Below, piece by piece: positions 22,308-31,616 of a stretch of DNA of 64,000 bases. The notes under the pieces were generated by a model. The model did not search any database, was not told where the DNA came from, and worked only from the letters and a program-made list of their open reading frames with translations. Origin of the DNA: Minisyncoccota bacterium. GTDB lineage: Bacteria; Patescibacteriota; Minisyncoccia; Moranbacterales; UBA1568. A program made the translations under genes and the position numbers. The stretch is taken from the NCBI GenBank assembly GCA_051306005.1, contig JBPPMJ010000006.1, positions 91,296-155,295 of the forward strand, given 5' to 3'. The stretch's first letter is position 1. Each line of letters begins with the position of its first letter.

Positions 22308-22976
22308 ATGTTTATTCAAAATTGTGTGCTTCTCGGTCCACCAGGGAGCGGAAAAAGTACCCAAGCGGAACGTTTGAGAAAAGTTTTTGATTTGGCACAT
22401 ATTGATATTGGATCGGAATTGCGTGCCGCTGCCGAAGAGGATACGCCTTTGGGACACCAGTTGAATGAAATTATCCATCTCCGTCGTGAATTGGTTCCAG
22501 ATTCCATTGTCTCTTCGGTGTTACAAAATGCATTGAAAAGCGTCCCGGCAGAGAAGTGTATTTTAATTGATGGTGCACCACGTTGTTTTTCTCAGATTCA
22601 AGCAGTTTTACAAGTTGCTGAAAACGCACAACATCCTATCGCTCAGGTTATTTACTTGCATCTTTCCGAAGAAGTGTCCATTGAACGTATCTCAAAACGC
22701 TATATCTGTTTTGGATGTCGTCAATCTTTTGTTTTTTCGACAGAACCATCATTCACACAGACCATTTGTGAGTATTGTGGCGGAAAAATTGGCCGACGCA
22801 AGGATGATACGCCTGAAGGAGTGCGCAAACGTTATCAGGTTTTTTATGCGGAGACATTTCCGGTAATAGAATATTTTTCACAGCGTGGTATGTTGGTGAC
22901 TATCGATGGTAGTCAGGATGCGGAGAAAATTTTTCAAGATATTGTCATGCATATTGATATATCAAAAAAAATATGA
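22308..22976 (+). CDS. adk: Adenylate kinase with Zn-binding lid
   Basis: GPPGSGKST P-loop, DGAPR, CxxC...CxxC lid, RKDD; secY-adk-map synteny. Confidence 0.92.
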   Translation: MFIQNCVLLGPPGSGKSTQAERLRKVFDLAHIDIGSELRAAAEEDTPLGHQLNEIIHLRRELVPDSIVSSVLQNALKSVPAEKCILIDGAPRCFSQIQAVLQVAENAQHPIAQVIYLHLSEEVSIERISKRYICFGCRQSFVFSTEPSFTQTICEYCGGKIGRRKDDTPEGVRKRYQVFYAETFPVIEYFSQRGMLVTIDGSQDAEKIFQDIVMHIDISKKI

Positions 22977-23746
22977 ATAAACAATGGATCAAAACTGCTG
23001 ATGAAATGGCGCGTTTACGCGAGTCTGGAAAGCGTTTGGCGGAGGTGTTAGCATTAGTCATGGCTACTGTTGCTCCTGGTATTTCCACTCTTGATTTGGA
23101 TATTTTGGCTGAAAAATTGATCCGTGAAATTGGCGGTATTCCAATTTTTAAAGGATATGGTGCAGGATCGGGTCGTCCATTTCCAGCATCTCTTTGTACG
23201 TCTTTGAATGATGAAGTTGTGCATGGCATTCCGAGTGCGACGCGTATTATTCGTGCTGGTGATATCGTTAAGCTTGACATTGGACTGCGTTTTGAAGGGA
23301 TGATAACCGATATGGCGCGGACTGTTTGCGTTGGTCCTGTAGACGCAGAAATTGATGCGTTGGTGCAAGTAACGGAAGAGAGCTTGCGTCGAGGTATCAG
23401 TGCTTTACGGCCAGGAGAACGCATTGATAGATATGCCAAAGCAGTACAAGATTTTGTTGAAGCAAATGGTTTCACCGTGGTACGCGATCTCGTGGGACAT
23501 GGGGTGGGACACGAGCTTCATGAAGAACCGCAGGTGCCAAATTATGTGTCACGCGCCTTGCATAACTTTGTTGTGTTACCAGGTATGGCATTGGCCTTGG
23601 AGCCTATGGTGAACAAAGGCACCTTTGAAGTTGAGATAGCACCAGATCATTGGACTTTTGTGACTGCTGATGGAGAATGGAGCGCTCATTTTGAGGATAC
23701 CATCATTATGACAGAACAGGGTGTGGAAATAGTCACTCGTCCATAA
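22973..23746 (+). CDS. map: Methionine aminopeptidase type I
   Basis: VVHGIP, GHGVG..LHEEP, EPM, SAHFEDT. Confidence 0.97.
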   Translation: MNKQWIKTADEMARLRESGKRLAEVLALVMATVAPGISTLDLDILAEKLIREIGGIPIFKGYGAGSGRPFPASLCTSLNDEVVHGIPSATRIIRAGDIVKLDIGLRFEGMITDMARTVCVGPVDAEIDALVQVTEESLRRGISALRPGERIDRYAKAVQDFVEANGFTVVRDLVGHGVGHELHEEPQVPNYVSRALHNFVVLPGMALALEPMVNKGTFEVEIAPDHWTFVTADGEWSAHFEDTIIMTEQGVEIVTRP

Positions 23747-23773
23747 GCATGCTCTACGTATCAAAAGAGATAT

Positions 23774-24190
23774 ATGAATTACCTAGGGATTGATTGGGGA
23801 TTAAAGAAAGTAGGCCTCGCTCTCGCTCATGAAGAAACTGGCGTTGCCCTTCCGTATGGAGTCTTGGTAAATGACCATCTACTTCTCAAACATTTGAAAG
23901 AAGTGATAGTGTTAGAAAATGTGAGTACGATTGTTATGGGAAGCCCTGGATATGCGGAATCGAGTGTTTCATGGGAAGCGAACCAACGGTTTGTGCGTTC
24001 TCTAAAGCAAGTCTTGTCCTTAAAGATCGTGTATCAAAATGAGATGTTTACAACCAAATCAGCGCATCGAAACCTGGTGCAGCGCGGTATGAAAAATATA
24101 GCACAGCATGATGATGAAGAATCGGCACGAATTATTTTACAGGAATGGCTTGATAAAAAAAGAGATATATTTTCCTCGGAGACAATGTAA
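23774..24190 (+). CDS. ruvX: RuvX/YqgF RNase-H-fold nuclease
   Basis: LGIDWGLKKVGLA, EMFTT, DEESARIILQEWL. Confidence 0.9.
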   Translation: MNYLGIDWGLKKVGLALAHEETGVALPYGVLVNDHLLLKHLKEVIVLENVSTIVMGSPGYAESSVSWEANQRFVRSLKQVLSLKIVYQNEMFTTKSAHRNLVQRGMKNIAQHDDEESARIILQEWLDKKRDIFSSETM

Positions 24191-24255
24191 CAATGCGCGT
24201 ATGCATATCATTTAGGGTATGCTATACTTAAAAAGTAATATATGATTTTTCGTGT

Positions 24256-25020
24256 ATGGAACAGCCGTTTCTTTCGGTTATCGTACCGGCATACAAAGAA
24301 GGAGAACGCATTGGGCGCAATTTATTGGAAATTGACCGATATTTGAAGGGTAAAAGTTATACGTATGAGATTCTGGTGATAGTGGATGGATCACCGGATA
24401 ATACCGCTGAAGTGGCGCATAATTATTCTTTACAAATTCCTGACTTACGAGTTATCAACAATGAACAGAATCACGGTAAAGGGTATGTGGTGCGACAAGG
24501 ACTTTTGGAAGCAAAAGGCAAGTGGCGTCTTTTTTTGGATGCGGACGGATCGACATCTATCACTCATTTGGATATCGCCTCCAGCTATTTTGATGACGGA
24601 TATGATGTAATTATTGGATCACGCAAGATTGATGGATCGCTTATTCAGGTGCACCAGCCCAAATATCGAGAAATTTTTGGAGAAGGTGGAAACTGGCTCA
24701 TTCGTATCGTACTTGGACTTTGGAGTTATCCAGATACTCAATGTGGTTTCAAGGTCGTTTCGGATGTTGCTGCCAAAGAAGTGGCATCACGTATGGTTAT
24801 TAATCGTTTCGGTTTTGATTTTGAACTCATCGCTTTGGCATCAAAACTTGGTTTTAAAATTAAGCAGATACCAGTACACTGGATGAACGAAGAGGGGTCA
24901 ACAGTCAGTTTGACTGGTCCAAATGGCTTTATACAAGTGTTGATCGACTTGTTCAAAACGAAAATACGTCTTATGATAGGAAGGTATCATATTCGAGAAT
25001 ATAAAAAAAGAATGATATAG
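24256..25020 (+). CDS. GT2 polyprenyl/dolichyl-phosphate glycosyltransferase (Alg5-like)
   Basis: VPAYKE, VDGSPDNT, NHGKG, DADGS, DTQCGFK, FDFE. Confidence 0.88.
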   Translation: MEQPFLSVIVPAYKEGERIGRNLLEIDRYLKGKSYTYEILVIVDGSPDNTAEVAHNYSLQIPDLRVINNEQNHGKGYVVRQGLLEAKGKWRLFLDADGSTSITHLDIASSYFDDGYDVIIGSRKIDGSLIQVHQPKYREIFGEGGNWLIRIVLGLWSYPDTQCGFKVVSDVAAKEVASRMVINRFGFDFELIALASKLGFKIKQIPVHWMNEEGSTVSLTGPNGFIQVLIDLFKTKIRLMIGRYHIREYKKRMI

Positions 25021-25068
25021 CATTTGAATAATGTTACTGAGATTTTGACAAAAACAAATTTTATAAAC

Positions 25069-26097
25069 ATGTCTCAAGTCGACGAAAAAAACATACAAAA
25101 AATCTCTAATCGACAATCTGAGTTACGTCAGGATATCGTCACTGGAGATTGGGTAGTCATTGCGACTGGTCGTGCTAAACGACCGGATGAGTTTGCAAAT
25201 TTTACGCGTATTGCACCAGACTATTCCCATGATCCATTTGAGGATCCAGAAGAGAGTGGACAGGAGAAAGACACGTTGATTTATCGGCGTGATGATGGTG
25301 ATTGGAGTTTGCGTGTATTTCCGAATAAATATCCAGCTCTTTCTGTGGGACGCGTGCCTCGTGAAATGAACGAAGGACCATATTTTTCCTTGTCCGGTAC
25401 TGGGTATCATGAAGTGATTGTGACACGAGACCCTGTCCGTTCTTTGGCTTTACTAGATGTTTGGCAAGTGGCAGAAGTGTTTGACGCTTTTCAGGAACGT
25501 TATTTAACGCTGATGAACAAAAAAAGCGTGCGTTATATTCAAATATTTCACAATCACGGTCAAGAATCAGGCGCTTCCATTGCGCACCCCCATTCTCAAT
25601 TGTTGGCTATTCCAGTTATCTCACCTTACCTTACTCTTGAGCTTTCTGGTGCGAATCGCTATCACAAAAGCACCAAGCACAATGTTTACCAGGTAATGAT
25701 AGATTATGAACATGAAGCAAAAAAACGAGTGGTATATGAGAATGAACACTTCATCGCGTTTTGTCCTTTTGCTTCGCGAGTCGCCTTTGAAGTATGGGTG
25801 ATTGGCAAGCGTCCTAATCCCTACTTTGAACGTATCACGGACGAAGAGAAGTTTGCTCTGGCCGAAATTATGCAAAAAGTGTTATTGAGTCTCTATCGAG
25901 GTTTGAATGATCCTCCTTATAATTTTTATATTCATACGGCTCCTTGTGATGGTCAAGATTATGTTGCTTATCAATGGCATATTGAAATTTTACCACATAC
26001 CGCTGTGTGGGCGGGATTTGAACTGTCTACAGGTATAGAAATTTCTACTATTCAGCCGGAAAAAGCAGCGGAGTATCTGAGAACACAGGGAGAATGA
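25069..26097 (+). CDS. galT: GalT/HIT-family hexose-1-phosphate nucleotidyltransferase
   Basis: RAKRP, PNKYPA, GASIAHPHSQ, AGFELSTG; start uncertain (25024 or 25069). Confidence 0.85.
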   Translation: MSQVDEKNIQKISNRQSELRQDIVTGDWVVIATGRAKRPDEFANFTRIAPDYSHDPFEDPEESGQEKDTLIYRRDDGDWSLRVFPNKYPALSVGRVPREMNEGPYFSLSGTGYHEVIVTRDPVRSLALLDVWQVAEVFDAFQERYLTLMNKKSVRYIQIFHNHGQESGASIAHPHSQLLAIPVISPYLTLELSGANRYHKSTKHNVYQVMIDYEHEAKKRVVYENEHFIAFCPFASRVAFEVWVIGKRPNPYFERITDEEKFALAEIMQKVLLSLYRGLNDPPYNFYIHTAPCDGQDYVAYQWHIEILPHTAVWAGFELSTGIEISTIQPEKAAEYLRTQGE

Positions 26098-26903
26098 CTG
26101 CTATAAAAAAAAGTATGCGAAGTTTTTATGTGATTGGAAATTTAAAAATGAATCTCGTTTCACGAGAAGAAGCGGAACAATACCTCGCAGTGCTTTCACG
26201 CGAGATGGATGGCAAGAGATATTCGGCGGTCAAAGGGGTGATATGTCCGCCCTTTGTCTATCTTTCCTTGTTTGATCGTTTACCAAGTACTCTTGCCAAG
26301 GGTGCGCAAGATGTTTTTCCGGAAAAAAGTGGGGCTTATACTGGTGAAGTCTCTCCCACGATGTTAAAAAATGAAAAGGTGGAGTACGTTATTATTGGTC
26401 ACAGCGAACGTAGAAAATATGCCAATGAAACAGACGCTATTATCAAGGAAAAAGTGCTGGCAACATTGAAGAGCTATCTTATACCTGTAGTCTGTATTGG
26501 TGAAACACAGGCAGAAAAAACAGCGGAACTGACAGACCAGGTACTGTCTACACAAGTACGTAGTATTTTTTCGAATCTCTCTAAATTGCAGGCTGAAAAA
26601 ATTATTCTCGCCTATGAACCGCGTTGGGCGATTGGTACCGATATCATACCGACAACTGACGAGATTGCACATGTCAGAATGCTACTACAACGGCTCTGTA
26701 TAGAACTGTTTGACAAGCAAACGGCTGATCGCATGGTTGTGATTTATGGGGGATCTGTGAAGAGCGCTTTTTTAGGCGCAGTATCATGGAAGGCACATAT
26801 GAATGGAGTGTTAGTAGGTCGTGAGAGTCTGTTTCCTTATGAGTTGGTGAAGATGATGGGTCTTTTTGAAGCTGAAGCGGTGCGTGAGGACGCGGAGAAA
26901 TAA
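26094..26903 (+). CDS. tpiA: Triosephosphate isomerase (divergent phosphate-binding loops)
   Basis: GNLKMN, GAYTGEVS, IGHSERR, AYEPRWAIGT, YGGSV. Confidence 0.9.
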   Translation: MTAIKKSMRSFYVIGNLKMNLVSREEAEQYLAVLSREMDGKRYSAVKGVICPPFVYLSLFDRLPSTLAKGAQDVFPEKSGAYTGEVSPTMLKNEKVEYVIIGHSERRKYANETDAIIKEKVLATLKSYLIPVVCIGETQAEKTAELTDQVLSTQVRSIFSNLSKLQAEKIILAYEPRWAIGTDIIPTTDEIAHVRMLLQRLCIELFDKQTADRMVVIYGGSVKSAFLGAVSWKAHMNGVLVGRESLFPYELVKMMGLFEAEAVREDAEK

Positions 26904-26925
26904 TTCACGGAGAATATATAAAACT

Positions 26926-27783
26926 ATGCTGGCGAATGTCAAAATATTATTAGAAGAAGCCAAAGCGGGTCAATATGCTGTTGGGGCTTTCAATACCGTA
27001 AATCTGGAGACTACCCGTGCCATTATTGAAACAGCAGTAGAGTGCTCTTCTCCGGTTATTGTACAGGTGACTGAAAAAACATTTGATTATGCTGGCGCAC
27101 GCGCTATCTTTCATCTCATTAAGAATATGGCAGAATTTTATGCCAAAGATATTCCTATCGGTATTCATTTAGATCACGGAAAAAATTTTGAAGTTGTCAA
27201 ACGTGCGATGGACATTGGTTTCGGTTCCGTCATGTATGATGGTTCGCGTCAAGAGTATGCGGAAAATATATTCATGACTAAAAAAATCGTTGATATCGCA
27301 CATGGACGCGGTATCGTGGTGCAGGCAGAGTTGGGTAATGTTCCCTATCTCGGGGAAATACAAATGGAAAATATGGATTGGGAACAATACATGACTGACC
27401 CAGGTCAAGCTGAACAATTTGTCCAAGAGACAGGCATAGACACGCTGGCAGTTGCTATTGGAAATGCGCATGGATTTTTTCGTGAACGAAGTGTGCCTGA
27501 CTATGAACGCTTGGTCGCTATTAGAAAACGGGTAGAGGTACCATTGGTATTGCATGGTGCATCGGATTGGGAAAGTGATCGTGTACAAGAGGTTATTCAC
27601 CGAGGCATTAGTTGTTTCAATGTGGATACGGCTATCAGGCTGGCATTTATTAGGGGATTGCGTTTTGCTCTTCAAGAAGAAAATGAGACGGATTTACGAA
27701 AAGTATTGGGTCAAGCTAAAGCGTACACTAAAGAAGCGGTGAAAGAAAAAATATTGGCATTCAGGAGTTCGGGGAAAGCATAA
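26926..27783 (+). CDS. fba: Class II fructose/tagatose-bisphosphate aldolase
   Basis: YAVGAFN, HLDHG, SVMYDGS, GNAHG, LVLHGAS; start at 26926. Confidence 0.9.
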   Translation: MLANVKILLEEAKAGQYAVGAFNTVNLETTRAIIETAVECSSPVIVQVTEKTFDYAGARAIFHLIKNMAEFYAKDIPIGIHLDHGKNFEVVKRAMDIGFGSVMYDGSRQEYAENIFMTKKIVDIAHGRGIVVQAELGNVPYLGEIQMENMDWEQYMTDPGQAEQFVQETGIDTLAVAIGNAHGFFRERSVPDYERLVAIRKRVEVPLVLHGASDWESDRVQEVIHRGISCFNVDTAIRLAFIRGLRFALQEENETDLRKVLGQAKAYTKEAVKEKILAFRSSGKA

Positions 27784-27801
27784 AAATTAATGATATCAGA
27801 T

Positions 27802-28815
27802 ATGAATAAAACAAGGGTTGCAATCAATGGTTTTGGACGTATTGGGCGGGCAGCTTTTAAAATCGCTTTTGCGAGACCAGATATAGAAGTAGTAGCTATC
27901 AATGATTTGACCAATGCAAAAATTTTAGCTCATTTACTGCGTTATGATACCGCGTATGGACACTATCATAAAAATGTGATTGTCACGGCAGAAGGTATAG
28001 CTGTAGACGGGATAACTATTCCTGTGTACGCGGAACCTGATCCAAAAAAACTTCCGTGGAATAGTCTTCGTGTGGATGTGGTATTGGAATGTACGGGACG
28101 TTTTACAGATCAGGGTTCTGCTGGACAACATATCTTGGCTGGAGCGAAGAAAGTGGTTTTGTCCGCTCCGGCAAAAGGAGAAGATACCTCTATTCCCACG
28201 TTTCTCATCGGCGTGAATGAAGAAGAGTATCAGGGACAAACCATTGTGTCCAATGCATCGTGTACAACCAATTCTCTGGCTCCTGTAGCAAAAATTCTGC
28301 AAGATGTCTTTGGAATTGACAAGGCGTTAATGACGACCATTCATTCTTATACAGCGGATCAGAATCTCCAGGATGGTCCGCACAATGATTTGCGACGCGC
28401 GCGTGCTGCGGCACAGAATATCGTCCCTACTACGACTGGCGCGGCCATCGCGGTCACACAGACCATCCCAGAACTCAATGGACATTTTGATGGTATTTCT
28501 GTGCGTGTTCCCACTTTGGTTGTTTCACTTTCTGATTGTACCTTTTTGTTAAAAAGAAAAACAACCAAAGGAGAAGTAAATCAAATATTGAAGGATGCTA
28601 GCATAAGTCCTCGTTATCAAAAAGTGTTGGCAGTGACGGACGAACCACTGGTGTCATCGGATTTTATTGGCAGTCAGTATTCGAGCGTCGTCGATCTCTC
28701 TCTGACAAAAGTGGTAGATGGTGATCTTGTGAAAATCGTGGCTTGGTACGATAATGAATGGGGATATTCAAATCGTTTGATAGAGATGATACAGCATATT
28801 TGTAAAATCTTATGA
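27802..28815 (+). CDS. gap: Glyceraldehyde-3-phosphate dehydrogenase type I
   Basis: INGFGRIGR, SNASCTTN, WYDNEWGYS. Confidence 0.98.
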   Translation: MNKTRVAINGFGRIGRAAFKIAFARPDIEVVAINDLTNAKILAHLLRYDTAYGHYHKNVIVTAEGIAVDGITIPVYAEPDPKKLPWNSLRVDVVLECTGRFTDQGSAGQHILAGAKKVVLSAPAKGEDTSIPTFLIGVNEEEYQGQTIVSNASCTTNSLAPVAKILQDVFGIDKALMTTIHSYTADQNLQDGPHNDLRRARAAAQNIVPTTTGAAIAVTQTIPELNGHFDGISVRVPTLVVSLSDCTFLLKRKTTKGEVNQILKDASISPRYQKVLAVTDEPLVSSDFIGSQYSSVVDLSLTKVVDGDLVKIVAWYDNEWGYSNRLIEMIQHICKIL

Positions 28816-29927
28816 CAAGAAATCATGTTGAAAAAGAGACTGTCGATATTGTTCAGCGGTTGCAGGAAATCGCTAATTTGAAGCTTGGCATGCTTTCTGA
28901 CGATGAAGTGCTCAGTCTTTTATCGGAGCGGGCACAGTTACTCATACGTGAAGCTGAAGAAAAACGACAGGAAGTGGAAGAGAAGCAACGTGAAGCAGAA
29001 CGCAAGCGGCAGGAAGCGGAATTGGCTGAAAAGCAACGCTTGGCTAATGAACAGATAATGACTCTTCGGCAAGAAATTGCGCTTCTAAATCAATCTATTT
29101 CACCAGAAAAGTCAGATAATGAGTTATTGGTATTTGTGAAACAGCGGAAAGAGTTGGAAGAGAGACTGGAGCATCTGGAAAGTGAATCAACGAATGTATC
29201 AAGTTCCGTTGCTCATCCTATTGAGACGGAACATCTTCCCACATCGCCAATATTGCCGGTAGATATGTCGACACTGACACAAGGAAACACTGCGACGTCG
29301 AAGGCTCATGAAATATCGTCATCTCTTTCCTCTGTCGTATCGGTACCATCCGTTGAATCAAAGAATTTTAAGGATGCCTTTCAACCGATTTTTGGCGCGG
29401 AAACCATTGAACAGGATACGTTGCATGAAGATAGTACATTACAACACTATCTAAATCAGCTAAAGAATAATGTGGGATCATTAGGTACTTTTTTACAGGA
29501 AATGCCTTTGGAAGCGAAGGCTCATAAACAATTTATGTTGAAAGTAGCAGAGTTAGACCCGGCTTACGCGATGCATTATGCAGATAAGACTCTGAAAATG
29601 AATGAGAGTTTTAATGTGCGTATCGCTGCTATGAAGAATCCGCGCAATTCTGGGAATCCTTTGGCTGAAATGTTACCAGAAGCACGGACCTCTCGGGTAG
29701 TTTTGACGGCAGTGCGTCAGGATTATCGTAATGTAAAGTTTGTGCAACCGACAATGGAAGATTATGATGAGATATTGCGTATCGCAAAAATGGCCACGTT
29801 GAAAAAGGTACAAGAATTACAAGAAGCGGTAGATATCACGCTCATAGTGCCACGTCCGTTATCACAAGATAAGCGATTTATGGAGCAGGTATATGCCGTG
29901 ATAGCTCAACAGCAGAACAAGGAGTAA
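28812..29927 (+). CDS. Hypothetical protein: N-terminal coiled coil, Ser/Thr-rich linker, DUF4116-like helical repeats
   Basis: Long E/K/Q/R heptad stretch; AMHYADKTL and VLTAVRQDYRNVKFV repeat-like segments; ATGA overlap with gap. Confidence 0.6.
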   Translation: MTRNHVEKETVDIVQRLQEIANLKLGMLSDDEVLSLLSERAQLLIREAEEKRQEVEEKQREAERKRQEAELAEKQRLANEQIMTLRQEIALLNQSISPEKSDNELLVFVKQRKELEERLEHLESESTNVSSSVAHPIETEHLPTSPILPVDMSTLTQGNTATSKAHEISSSLSSVVSVPSVESKNFKDAFQPIFGAETIEQDTLHEDSTLQHYLNQLKNNVGSLGTFLQEMPLEAKAHKQFMLKVAELDPAYAMHYADKTLKMNESFNVRIAAMKNPRNSGNPLAEMLPEARTSRVVLTAVRQDYRNVKFVQPTMEDYDEILRIAKMATLKKVQELQEAVDITLIVPRPLSQDKRFMEQVYAVIAQQQNKE

Positions 29928-29958
29928 ATTTTTTTTGTGATGATATCATCCGGATACT

Positions 29959-31554
29959 ATGTACGATATTCTTATTAGAAACGGCACCGTTATTGACGGG
30001 AGCGGACGTCCGATGTATCGTGCCGATATAGCGATACAGGAGGATTTTATCGTTGCCATTGGAGACCTATCAACCGCTCGAGCAGAATGTTATATTGATG
30101 CGACCGATCAATATATAACGCCAGGTTTCATTGATGTAAATAACCATTCTGATACCTATTGGCAGTTACTTACCAATCCGGATTTGGAGAGTTTGGTGCA
30201 TCAGGGTATTACGACTATTATTGGTGGAAATTCAGGTGCTTCATTGGCACCACTGACCAGTCCCAATGTGATTCGTTCCATTCAAAAGTGGACTGACATC
30301 GAGAAAATCACTTTTAATTGGTTGACGATCAAGGAATTTTTGCGAGCTTTGGAATTGCGTCGTCCTGCCGTGAATTTTGCAACTTTGGTGGGACATGGAA
30401 CTATGCGGCGTGGCGTAATGTACGATAAGACGCGTGCTATAACGCCAGATGAGATAGAGAGTATGCAACGTATTTTACGAACTGCTTTGCAGGAAGGGGC
30501 AATCGGTTTGTCAACGGGATTGAAGTATACGCATGCGCGTGGTGTTGGAGCACGTGAGTTACTTGCTTTGTCCAGGGTAGTGGCTAGCGAAAAAGGCGTG
30601 TATGTCACATATGTACGTGATGAAGAAGAAGATTTGGTCAAGGCGGTTGAAGAAGCAATCGATATTGCGCGTCAGGCTGATATCCCTCTGCACATTTCGC
30701 ATCTGAAAGCGGTAGGACAAAAAAATTGGCCACTGATGGATACAGTGTTCCATCGTATTGAGACAGCGGTCTTGGACAAGATTGACATCAGTTTTGATGT
30801 GTACCCCTATACTACGACCGGATCCGTCCTCTATACATTTTTACCGGAGTGGATTACGCAGGATGGTCGCATGATGATGTTAGAACGTTTGAAAGATGTA
30901 AGTGTGAGAAACACTGTGTTACGTGATATGCGCAATAGTACAATAGATTATTCTCAATTGATTATCGCCACCTCTGCGTTGAGTAAGATGCTTACACATC
31001 ATAAAATTTCAGATCTTGCTCGTTCTCAGGGGCGTTCCCCAGAGGAAACGGTACTGAATTTTCTGATAGCGAATAAGGGACACGCTACCGTTTCGTTAGA
31101 AGCGTTGTCCGAAAACAATGTTTTGAAAGCGATTCAACATCCCTTTTCTATCATTTCAAGTAATGGAGCGGGGTACAGTGTAGAGCATGAAAATACTGGT
31201 GAAGTGGTTCATCCGCGTAATTTTGGTACTTTTCCCAAGGTATTTTCCGAATACGTGCGTCGTCAAAAGGCATTGAGTTGGGAAGAGGCGGTGCACAAAA
31301 TGACTGGTAAACCTGCGACAAAATTTCAGCTCAAGCAACGAGGTTTCTTGCAGACTGGATATTTCGCTGATATAGTAGTATTCCATCCAGATATGATTAC
31401 TGATCATGCCACGATGGATCGTCCGTATCAGTATGCAACGGGCATATCATCCCTTGTAATCAACGGAGGAATGGTGATAGAAGAGGGCCATAGAGTAACA
31501 CACAAGCGTTATGGTCAGATATTGCGACGTGTGCAACATTGGTGGGAACGATAG
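29959..31554 (+). CDS. N-acyl-D-amino-acid deacylase homolog (amidohydrolase fold), active site degenerate
   Basis: DILIRNGTVIDGSG, PGFID, GHGTMR, HISHLK, DVYPY, HPRNFGTFP, GYFADIVVF. Confidence 0.88.
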   Translation: MYDILIRNGTVIDGSGRPMYRADIAIQEDFIVAIGDLSTARAECYIDATDQYITPGFIDVNNHSDTYWQLLTNPDLESLVHQGITTIIGGNSGASLAPLTSPNVIRSIQKWTDIEKITFNWLTIKEFLRALELRRPAVNFATLVGHGTMRRGVMYDKTRAITPDEIESMQRILRTALQEGAIGLSTGLKYTHARGVGARELLALSRVVASEKGVYVTYVRDEEEDLVKAVEEAIDIARQADIPLHISHLKAVGQKNWPLMDTVFHRIETAVLDKIDISFDVYPYTTTGSVLYTFLPEWITQDGRMMMLERLKDVSVRNTVLRDMRNSTIDYSQLIIATSALSKMLTHHKISDLARSQGRSPEETVLNFLIANKGHATVSLEALSENNVLKAIQHPFSIISSNGAGYSVEHENTGEVVHPRNFGTFPKVFSEYVRRQKALSWEEAVHKMTGKPATKFQLKQRGFLQTGYFADIVVFHPDMITDHATMDRPYQYATGISSLVINGGMVIEEGHRVTHKRYGQILRRVQHWWER

Positions 31555-31616
31555 TACCCATTACTATATAACATTACGCAGGTGTTTTTTTTGAGTGTTA
31601 GGCTTTTTGAAGTTCT

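Noticed and set aside
23746-23774. infA-rpmJ-rpsM missing after map
   Set aside because: Operon breakage here is common; absence from the genome cannot be inferred from one window
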